A DNA stretch of 64,000 nt, taken from assembly GCA_964577375.1 (NCBI GenBank), contig CAZNYW010000003.1:40802-104801 (forward strand), in the 5' to 3' direction. This document shows positions 57,035-64,000 of this stretch, one piece after another. How positions within the stretch are numbered: the stretch's first letter is position 1; each line of letters opens with the position of its first letter. The notes under the pieces were generated by a model. That model saw nothing but the letters and a program-made list of their open reading frames with translations. It did no database searches and had not been told where the DNA came from. The position numbers were made by a program, and so were the translations under genes. The stretch comes from an uncultured Spirochaetales bacterium. GTDB lineage: Bacteria > Spirochaetota > Spirochaetia > DSM-27196 > DATKUC01.

Positions 57035-57040
57035 GTCTCC

Positions 57041-58330
57041 ATGCTCGACCTCAAGTATATCCGCGACCATCTTGCCGACGTCAAGGCAAACATCGCGAAC
57101 CGTTTCGTCCAGGCGGATGCGGATCTCGTTGTCCGGCTCTACGATGAGCGCAACAACCTCATTCAGGAGATCGAATCACTCCGCAAGCGTCGCAATGAGA
57201 ACGCTGCACGGATGAAGGGAAAGCCCTCTCCGGAGGAGCGCGCACCGCTCATCGAGGAGGGAAAGAGCATCAAAGAGCAGCTCCCCGTGCGGGAGGAGCG
57301 TCTCAAGAACGTCGAGGCAGAGCTGCTCGAAGAGGCACAGAAGATTCCGAACATGGCGCACCCGCAGGCACCGCTCGGTAAAGAAGAGAAGGACAATCTG
57401 GAAGTGCGCCGGTGGGGAACCGTCCCAACCTTCAGTTTTGCCCCGAAGGACCACGTCGAACTCGGGCAGGAGCTCGATCTCATAGATTTCGATACCGCCA
57501 CCCGGGTATCGGGAACCAAATTCTACTATCTCAAAAACCAGGCGGTGATGCTCGACCTGGCGCTGGCCCGATATGCCCTCGACACGGTGGTTTCCAGGGG
57601 CTTCATGCCTACGATAACTCCCGACATAGCGCGCGAGGAGACGGTTGCCGGAATCGGCTTCCAACCGCGCGGAGAGGAAAGTAACATCTACACGATCGAG
57701 GGTACCGGCACCTGCCTCATCGGCACAGCCGAAATCACCCTCGGCGGATACCATGCGGACCAGATCCTCGAGAGCGCACAGCTTCCCATCCGTCTCGCCG
57801 GTCTCTCCCACTGCTTCAGACGGGAGGCGGGGGCCGCGGGTCAGTTTTCCAAGGGTCTCTACCGTGTCCACCAGTTCACCAAGGTGGAGATGTTCGTCTA
57901 CTGCAGGCCGGAGGACTCCGATTCGATCCACGATGAGCTGCTCCTTATCGAGGAGCAGATATTTCAGGGGCTGGGTGTCCCCTACCGGGTTGTCGATACC
58001 TGCACGGGTGATCTCGGCGGACCGGCATACCGCAAGTTCGATATAGAGGCCTGGATGCCGGGCCGCGGTCCCGGCGGCGACTGGGGAGAGGTCACGAGCA
58101 CCTCGAATTGCACCGATTATCAGGCGAGAAGGCTGGGTGTTCGCTTCAGGGAGAACGGACAGACGAAGCTCGTCCATATGCTGAACGGCACGGCATGCGC
58201 AACCTCGCGCGCCATGATCGTGGTGCTCGAGAACTTCCAGCAGCCTGACGGTTCGATCCGGATTCCGGACGCCCTCGTGCCCTATACCGGTTTCGAGGTG
58301 ATTCCGCCTCGCGCGGGATTCCGCTCCTGA
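57041..58330 (+). CDS. serS: serine--tRNA ligase
   Basis: MLDLKYIRDH... coiled-coil arm and class II motifs (...FRREAGAAG..., ...GTACATSR...). Confidence 0.95.
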   Translation: MLDLKYIRDHLADVKANIANRFVQADADLVVRLYDERNNLIQEIESLRKRRNENAARMKGKPSPEERAPLIEEGKSIKEQLPVREERLKNVEAELLEEAQKIPNMAHPQAPLGKEEKDNLEVRRWGTVPTFSFAPKDHVELGQELDLIDFDTATRVSGTKFYYLKNQAVMLDLALARYALDTVVSRGFMPTITPDIAREETVAGIGFQPRGEESNIYTIEGTGTCLIGTAEITLGGYHADQILESAQLPIRLAGLSHCFRREAGAAGQFSKGLYRVHQFTKVEMFVYCRPEDSDSIHDELLLIEEQIFQGLGVPYRVVDTCTGDLGGPAYRKFDIEAWMPGRGPGGDWGEVTSTSNCTDYQARRLGVRFRENGQTKLVHMLNGTACATSRAMIVVLENFQQPDGSIRIPDALVPYTGFEVIPPRAGFRS

Positions 58331-58344
58331 GAGGAGGCCGACCC

Positions 58345-59475
58345 ACGACACTCCCGGCGAAATCCGGCGCCTATGTCATCGCAGAGATCGGCACTTCGCA
58401 CGGGGGCGACCTCGGGCGTGCGGCCGACCTCATCGCCGCCGCCGCCGCTGCCGGCGCCGACTGCGCCAAGTTCCAGGCAGTCTACGCGGATGAGATCATC
58501 CACCCGGCCACTGGCACCGTTCCCCTTCCAGGCGGCGAGATACCGCTCTTCGCGCGGTTCCGCAGCCTCGAAAGGCCGCCGGACTTCTATGCGGAGCTCA
58601 AACAGCAAACAGAGGCTACAGGCCTGCGATTCCTCTGCACGCCTTTCGGCCTCCGAAGCGCGCGAATGCTCCGGTCGATCGGCACCACCGAGCTGAAAAT
58701 TGCCAGTCCGGAGCTCAACCACATTCCCCTTCTGGCCGAGATCGCGTCATACCGCCTCCCGGTCTACCTGTCGAGCGGTGTATCCACCCTCGGCGACATC
58801 GAAGAGGCGCTCCAGATCCTTTCCGATGTTCCCGTTACCCTCCTCCACTGCGTCACCGCCTACCCTGCGCCGCCGGAAGACTACAATCTCCTCCTGCTCC
58901 GGGCGATGGCGACTCTCCTGGGAGTCGCGGTAGGGGTCTCGGACCACACGCTCGATCCGGTCCTCGTGCCGGTTCTGGCTGTGACCCAGGGCGCCGCGGC
59001 AATTGAAAAGCACATAACGCTCTCCCGCAGGAGCGACGGGCTCGACGATCCGGTCGCGCTCGAGCCGGCCGACTTTGCCCGCATGGTCCGCGAGGTCCGG
59101 TCGGCCGAGAAGGATCTGAAGGCCGGACGGGCCGCTGAGCTCGAGGCTGAGCTCGAGATTGCCTACGGAGCGGACAGGGTACGCACCGTGCTCGGAAACG
59201 GAATCAAGCGCCTTGCTCCTTCGGAGGCGGACAATTACGGCAGAACCAACCGTTCGATACACGCGATCCGGGCGCTTTCAGCGGGCGGGTGTATAGGCCG
59301 GGAGGACGTCGCGGTGCTGCGCACCGAGAAGATCCTCACCCCCGGGCTTCATCCCCGCTACCTCGAACAGGTTATCGGAACTACGCTTTCCCGCCCTGTT
59401 GCAGACGGTCAGGGAATCAACTGGAGCGATCTCGTCCGAAACTGCCGGGATGTCGACGCAAAAACACCACCATGA
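58345..59475 (+). CDS. NeuB-family (sialic/pseudaminic/legionaminic acid synthase-like) PEP-condensing enzyme with a C-terminal SAF domain; start codon unresolved
   Basis: Frame 1 reads ...AYVIAEIGTSHGGDLGRAADLIAAAAAAGADCAKFQ (NeuB TIM-barrel N-terminus) from about 58372, continuous with the track ORF 58666-59475. The C-terminal SAF-like region is IHAIRALSAGGCIGREDVAVLR. There is no ATG/GTG/TTG in frame between 58249 and 58666. The start given here is an ACG 7 nt after GAGGAGG; a CTG at 58327 is an alternative. Confidence 0.75.
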   Translation, partial: TTLPAKSGAYVIAEIGTSHGGDLGRAADLIAAAAAAGADCAKFQAVYADEIIHPATGTVPLPGGEIPLFARFRSLERPPDFYAELKQQTEATGLRFLCTPFGLRSARMLRSIGTTELKIASPELNHIPLLAEIASYRLPVYLSSGVSTLGDIEEALQILSDVPVTLLHCVTAYPAPPEDYNLLLLRAMATLLGVAVGVSDHTLDPVLVPVLAVTQGAAAIEKHITLSRRSDGLDDPVALEPADFARMVREVRSAEKDLKAGRAAELEAELEIAYGADRVRTVLGNGIKRLAPSEADNYGRTNRSIHAIRALSAGGCIGREDVAVLRTEKILTPGLHPRYLEQVIGTTLSRPVADGQGINWSDLVRNCRDVDAKTPP

Positions 59476-59590
59476 TATAGTGGACTGAGAAATTATGATT
59501 ACCGGCAGCGTCAGCAAAAGATGATAGGCAGCGCTCCTACACATAACTGCAACTACCACTGACACCACCTCTACCAAGGGAGGCTCGCTG

Positions 59591-62500
59591 ATGAAAAACA
59601 GAACCGGGACAGACGTTTTCGTCGATCTGCTGCTCGATCTCTTCCGTCACATGGTTACCGCACGTGAGATGGACCTGCTCGAACAGGAATATACCCGGCA
59701 AGGCGAGGCGTTTTTCCATGTTTCCGGCGCCGGACACGAGGCGACTGCCACTCTGAATCCCTATCTGATCCCTGATGACTGGCTTCACGTGCACTACCGG
59801 GACAAGGCGCTCATGCTTGCCCGCGGAATCCGCCCTGAGATGTTCTTTCACAGCCTGTTCAACAAGGACGGAGCGCACTCCCGCGGACGGCAGATGAATG
59901 CACACATGAGCGCGCCCGAACTCAACATAATGAGCCTGGTGGGACCAGTCGGGAACAGCCCGCTGCAGGCAGCGGGAGTTGCCGCGGTGATCAAGGACCG
60001 GCCGTCCAAACCGATAGTCCTCTGTGCTGTCGGCGACGGGATGACCCAGCAGGGAGAGTCCCTCGAAGGCCTTGCACAGGCGGCCCGCGACCGGCTCCCG
60101 GTGCTCTTCCTGGTGGAGGATAACGCCTTCGCCATATCCACCAAGACCCGCGGACGCACCTTCTACTCCCTGCCCGACGGGAGAGCCGACTCAGTATTCG
60201 GTATGCCGATCACGCACATGGACGGCCGCGACCCTGTCGCCTGCTACGAGCAGTTCGGCCGGATCATTCCGGCGATGCGGGAGACGCGCGAGCCGCTGGT
60301 GATCATATTCGAGGCGGACAGGCTCCAGAATCACACCAACGCCGACGACCAGCGGATGTACAGGACGCCCGAGGAGATCGAAGCGCTCTGGAAGACCGGA
60401 GACCCGGTTGCCAATCTGGAGAACGAACTTCTCGGCCGCGATGTCGATGCCGGAACACTCCGAAAGATCATGGCTGACGTCCGTGCCGAGCTGAAGGAGA
60501 CGGCACGGAAGGTCCTGCGCAGCGCCGAGCCTGCACCGCTCTTTACCGCGTTGAAACCGCTCGAGCCGCGTCTCTCGGACGCCGCTTCGGAATACCGCGG
60601 CAGCGATCATGCCGCCGGCGCGCAGAACAACGGGCAGGACCGGCTCACCATGCTCGAGGCGATCCGCGAGGTATTCCGGACACGGATGGCCAAAGACGAA
60701 CGAATCACTCTCTTCGGTGAGGATATCGAAGACCCGAAAGGAGACGTATTCGGAATCACCCGCGGCCTCACCCAGGCCTATCCCGGCCGTGTGGTCAATT
60801 CTCCCCTCGCCGAGGCATCCATAGTCGGCGTATCGGTCGGCCAGGCTCTCGCCGGCAGACGCCCGGTGGCGTTTCTCCAGTTTGCCGACTTTCTGCCAAT
60901 AGCCTACAATCAGATCTTCGCCGAGCTCGGAAGCATGTACTGGCGTACCGACGGCGGCTGGCAGGCGCCCGTAATCGTCATGATAACCTGCGGCGGCTAC
61001 AAACCGGGGCTTGGTCCCTTCCACGCATCGAGCATGGAGGCCATCGCGACGCACACGCCGGGGGTGGATGTGGTGATGCCCTCGACCGCCGGAGACGCTG
61101 CGGGACTGCTCAACGCCGCATTCGAATCGGGACGGCCGACGCTCTACTTTTATCCCAAGAACTGCCTGAACGACCGGGAGAACGCAACCTCCCCCGATGT
61201 GCACCGGCAGCTCGTTCCCCTCGGACGTGCGCGCATGGTGAGGCGCGGGGACGACCTTACGCTCGTGGCCTGGGGCAACACCGTCGCCCACTGCCGGCAG
61301 GCGGCCGACGCGCTCGCCGCGGCCGGCATCCAGTGCGACGTCATCGACCTGCGAAGCCTGATGCCGTGGGATCAGACGGCCGTGCTCGAATCGGTCGAGC
61401 GCACAGGGCGCCTCATCGTCGTCCACGAGGACAATCATACAAACGGATTCGGCGCCGAGGTCGTCGCTACGGTCGCCGAACGGGCATCGCGGAAGATCGA
61501 GGCGCGGCGCGTGACCCGCGCCGACACCTACGTGCCCTGCAACTTCGGCAACCAGCTGGAGGTTCTCCCCTCCTACAGGCGGGTTCTCGAGACCGCGGTA
61601 GAGCTTCTGGGCGGACGTGTCGAGTGGAGGAAACCGCTCACCGGGGAGAAGAACGTATATCTGGTGGAGGCAATCGGCTCGAGCCCGTCCGACGAGTCGG
61701 TTACCGTCGTCGAATGGAAGATAAAGCCGGGGGACATCATAGAAGACGGCGCCCAGCTTGCCACGCTCGAAGCGGACAAGGCGGCGGTCGATCTCTCCTC
61801 GCCGGTCGGAGGAACGGTTACCGAGCTCCTGGTTGAAGAGGGCGACATGGTCAAGGTTGGAACTCCCATTCTGAGGGTGCGCACCGGAAAAGAAGATGAG
61901 GATGGAGATTGCTCCTACGAGCACATGAAGCCGATAACGCGCGAAGAACCGGGAGACCCCGTGATAAGCGGAATTTCGCGCAGCAAGGCACATGCGCCGC
62001 CCGCCGCCGGAACCGGGACAGGCACCGCAGCCGGCCCGGCAGTGAAGCCTGCCTCTGCCGCCGTTGTGAGCATCGCCGGCATAGCAAGCTCCCGGGGCAA
62101 GCGCACTGTCTCGAACGAAGAGATCGCTTCCCTTTCGCCCGACTGGAGCGCCGACGACATCTTCAAGCGGACAGGAATCGCCTCACGGCCCTGGCTCGCC
62201 GACGGGGAGACCGCTCTGTCTATCGCGCTCGAAGCCTCGCGGAAGCTGCTCGCGGAGAAAAACCTCAGCGTGCGGGACATCGATCTGATCATCTGTTCGA
62301 CCGAAACTCCGATGCAGAACACGCCGTCGATGGCAACGCTGATTCAGAACGGCCTTGCAGACGGCAACGAAGAGGTGCTCTGCGCAGCATATGATGTGAA
62401 CGCAGCGTGTTCAGGCTATATCTACGCTCTTCAGATCGCCTACGACTATCTCCAGAGCTCACCCGGTCACCGGGTGCTCGTCGTCACTACCGAAGCACTT

Positions 62501-63025
62501 ACGCCGCGCCTGAATCTTACCGACTTCGGAACGGCTCCCATCTTCGGCGACGCGTCGACGGCAACAATTCTTGCAGCAGCCGACGCGCCGCTTCCCGGCG
62601 GGCTTCGGGTGCACCGTCCGGTGATCGGAGCCCACGGAGAGGACGGCACCATCCTGCGGGTTCCCTCCGAGGTCGACCAGAAGATCTACATGGACGGGCC
62701 GAAGGTGTTCCTGGAGGCCATCAAGGACATGATGATGATGTTGAACAGGGCCTGTGAGGCGGCTCAGATCGACACCGCCGACCTCGACCTCATCGTTCCG
62801 CATCAGGCAAATCAGCGCATCATCAACGCCATCCGGCAGCGCATGAAGGTGCCCCGCGAAAAGATGTACAGCAACATCGCCAACAACGGGAATACCTCCT
62901 CCAGCACGATTCCGCTATGCCTCGAGGAAATTCTGACCTCAGGCGGCGATGACCGTTATCTCGGGATCGCCGCGTTCGGCGGCGGGTTCACCTTCGGCGG
63001 AGGCGTCCTGGAGCGGCCCCGCTGA
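59591..63025 (+). CDS. four-domain fusion: 2-oxoacid dehydrogenase E1-alpha (TPP), E1-beta, lipoyl domain, FabH-type 3-oxoacyl-ACP synthase III
   Basis: Single uninterrupted 1144-aa ORF with GGGAGG 8 nt upstream. TPP motif GDG-x26-N (aa 148-177). E1-beta region aa ~350-675 (LFGEDIEDPKGDVFGIT...SPLAEAS...). Lipoyl domain aa ~688-764 with LATLEADKAAVDL (K730, nt 61778-61780). Ala/Pro/Gly linker. KAS III region aa ~824-1144 with C940 (AACSGY), H1071 (VPHQAN) and N1101 (GNTSSSTIP). Confidence 0.9.
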   Translation: MKNRTGTDVFVDLLLDLFRHMVTAREMDLLEQEYTRQGEAFFHVSGAGHEATATLNPYLIPDDWLHVHYRDKALMLARGIRPEMFFHSLFNKDGAHSRGRQMNAHMSAPELNIMSLVGPVGNSPLQAAGVAAVIKDRPSKPIVLCAVGDGMTQQGESLEGLAQAARDRLPVLFLVEDNAFAISTKTRGRTFYSLPDGRADSVFGMPITHMDGRDPVACYEQFGRIIPAMRETREPLVIIFEADRLQNHTNADDQRMYRTPEEIEALWKTGDPVANLENELLGRDVDAGTLRKIMADVRAELKETARKVLRSAEPAPLFTALKPLEPRLSDAASEYRGSDHAAGAQNNGQDRLTMLEAIREVFRTRMAKDERITLFGEDIEDPKGDVFGITRGLTQAYPGRVVNSPLAEASIVGVSVGQALAGRRPVAFLQFADFLPIAYNQIFAELGSMYWRTDGGWQAPVIVMITCGGYKPGLGPFHASSMEAIATHTPGVDVVMPSTAGDAAGLLNAAFESGRPTLYFYPKNCLNDRENATSPDVHRQLVPLGRARMVRRGDDLTLVAWGNTVAHCRQAADALAAAGIQCDVIDLRSLMPWDQTAVLESVERTGRLIVVHEDNHTNGFGAEVVATVAERASRKIEARRVTRADTYVPCNFGNQLEVLPSYRRVLETAVELLGGRVEWRKPLTGEKNVYLVEAIGSSPSDESVTVVEWKIKPGDIIEDGAQLATLEADKAAVDLSSPVGGTVTELLVEEGDMVKVGTPILRVRTGKEDEDGDCSYEHMKPITREEPGDPVISGISRSKAHAPPAAGTGTGTAAGPAVKPASAAVVSIAGIASSRGKRTVSNEEIASLSPDWSADDIFKRTGIASRPWLADGETALSIALEASRKLLAEKNLSVRDIDLIICSTETPMQNTPSMATLIQNGLADGNEEVLCAAYDVNAACSGYIYALQIAYDYLQSSPGHRVLVVTTEALTPRLNLTDFGTAPIFGDASTATILAAADAPLPGGLRVHRPVIGAHGEDGTILRVPSEVDQKIYMDGPKVFLEAIKDMMMMLNRACEAAQIDTADLDLIVPHQANQRIINAIRQRMKVPREKMYSNIANNGNTSSSTIPLCLEEILTSGGDDRYLGIAAFGGGFTFGGGVLERPR

Positions 63026-63079
63026 GCGGGCGGATCGATCAACAATATTGGCACCACTTCATTCGAACCTGGAGGAAGC

Positions 63080-63658
63080 ATGGAGCAGCCGGACGGTCTT
63101 ACGAGGTGTGACTGGTCTACGCGTGATCCGCTCTACGTCCGGTATCATGACACCGAATGGGGCGTGCCGGTCCACGACGAGGTGCGCCACTTCGAATTTC
63201 TCCTGCTGGAAGGGGCGCAGGCCGGCCTCTCCTGGTACACCATCCTCCGCAAGAGGGAGGCCTACCGGAAGGCGTACCGAGGATTCGATCCTGAAAAGGT
63301 AGCGCGTTTCGGGGATGCGGACGTTCAACGTCTCCTGTCAGATGCGGGTATCGTTCGAAATCGTCTCAAGATTGCATCCTCGATCGAAAACGCCCGCCAC
63401 TTCCTCGAAGTCCAGCGTGAGCACGGAACGTTTGACGCCTACATCTGGGGCTTCGTCGGGGGTTCACCGATCGTGAATCACTGGAAGACGCTGGACACAG
63501 TACCGGCAACCACACCCCTTTCGGACAAAATCAGCAGCGACCTGAAGAAAAGAGGCTTTCGGTTCGTCGGCTCGACGATAATCTATGCCCACATGCAGGC
63601 GATAGGGCTCGTTAATGACCACCTTGTGGATTGTTTTCGCCACGATGAGCTTGCCTAG
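63080..63658 (+). CDS. tag: DNA-3-methyladenine glycosylase I
   Basis: RCDWS...YHDTEWGVPVHDE...FEFLLLEGAQAGLSW..IL.KR signature, with Zn-site Cys/His residues. Confidence 0.9.
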   Translation: MEQPDGLTRCDWSTRDPLYVRYHDTEWGVPVHDEVRHFEFLLLEGAQAGLSWYTILRKREAYRKAYRGFDPEKVARFGDADVQRLLSDAGIVRNRLKIASSIENARHFLEVQREHGTFDAYIWGFVGGSPIVNHWKTLDTVPATTPLSDKISSDLKKRGFRFVGSTIIYAHMQAIGLVNDHLVDCFRHDELA

Positions 63659-63678
63659 GGACAGGGCAGGATACAGGT

Positions 63679-63816
63679 GGTATAAAGAAGCTTGTTGATA
63701 TCGCGCGGAGAACTGGCCGCGCGATCGGGACTTACGCTTCCGCTGGGGCGCTTTTTCGGTTAAATATATATTTTGGAATGACTTGGGAAGATTTATCAAC
63801 ACGCTTGTTGATACTT
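63679..63816. repeat. diverged third copy of the TGTTGATA/TATCAACA-bounded intergenic element
   Basis: Same 13-nt left flank GGTATAAAGAAGC (63679-63691) and the identical 27-nt right end GATTTATCAACACGCTTGTTGATACTT (63790-63816) as the locus at 29772-30022. The interior differs but keeps a hairpin at the same position (ATCGCGCGG / CCGCGCGAT, 63700-63725) and GGGACTTACG. Confidence 0.75.
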
Positions 63817-64000
63817 GCCAGGATACAAAATGGCCCGCCGACATTGATCGTCTGACGGGCCGGTAGGTCCCCCCATGTGGGTTGGGGTTGCTCCGAATTC
63901 TAATATACCCTGCCACACTTTGCAAGCGATTTGTTGAGAAAACATCGAACGTGCCGCCGCGATTTGTCGATACTAAATCCAAGAGAGATGAGCCATGCGA

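Noticed and set aside
58373-58696. 107-aa ATG-initiated ORF just after serS
   Set aside because: It is out of frame with the NeuB motifs. Its translation is Ser/Pro/Arg-rich nonsense, whereas the overlapping frame gives the conserved NeuB N-terminus.
63464-63982. 172-aa minus-strand ORF spanning the end of tag and the repeat region
   Set aside because: It overlaps the well-supported tag gene in antisense and runs through the repeat and AT-rich non-coding sequence. It has no family resemblance.
1-64000. Mobile elements, prophage, defence islands, rRNA/tRNA genes
   Set aside because: I saw no transposase, integrase, phage structural protein, restriction/modification, toxin-antitoxin or cas-like ORF, and no rRNA- or tRNA-like sequence. 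The window looks like core chromosome, apart from the repeat elements noted above.

Overview
GC-rich (about 60% by eye), densely coding bacterial chromosomal segment. I found no rRNA, tRNA, CRISPR array, transposase or phage gene. The long ORFs lying antisense to recognisable genes are GC artefacts. Gene content points to an anaerobic or microaerophilic, possibly Spirochaetota-like organism (inference only). It includes a V-type ATPase operon with a DUF2764 gene, an Nqr/Rnf-type complex, rubrerythrin, rubredoxin, ferritin, Tpx, OsmC and lipoproteins with an ...ASCG lipobox. Recognisable blocks, in order:
- phosphohexomutase
- DAK2-DegV fusion plus plsY
- MutY-like glycosylase
- trpS
- pdhABC-lpd operon with lplA
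- nqrBCDEF-like operon without nqrA
- fur / NifX-like / osmC operon
- 1020-aa secreted HExxH / beta-propeller protein
- aroK-aroC
- rubrerythrin-ferritin-rubredoxin
- cell-envelope cluster (MltD-like lytic transglycosylase with lipoproteins)
- ABC-F, xthA, prfA-prmC, rel, tpx, trmL, proC
- eukaryotic-type chorismate mutase
- ilvD
- V-ATPase operon ending in a PtsN-like EIIA
- serS
- NeuB-like synthase
- tag

The most unusual object is a single 1144-aa ORF (59591-63025). It fuses 2-oxoacid dehydrogenase E1-alpha, E1-beta, a lipoyl domain and a FabH-type KAS III with an intact Cys-His-Asn triad. It has no E2 acyltransferase core and sits just downstream of the NeuB-like 2-oxo-acid-forming enzyme. 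I propose this as a candidate undescribed CoA-independent decarboxylation-condensation module.

A second notable signal is a repeated intergenic element bounded by inverted TGTTGATA/TATCAACA boxes (DnaA-box-like, 8 of 9). It occurs as 2.1 tandem 113-bp copies at 29.8-30.0 kb and as a diverged copy at 63.7-63.8 kb.

All family calls are by-eye motif recognition. No searches were run.
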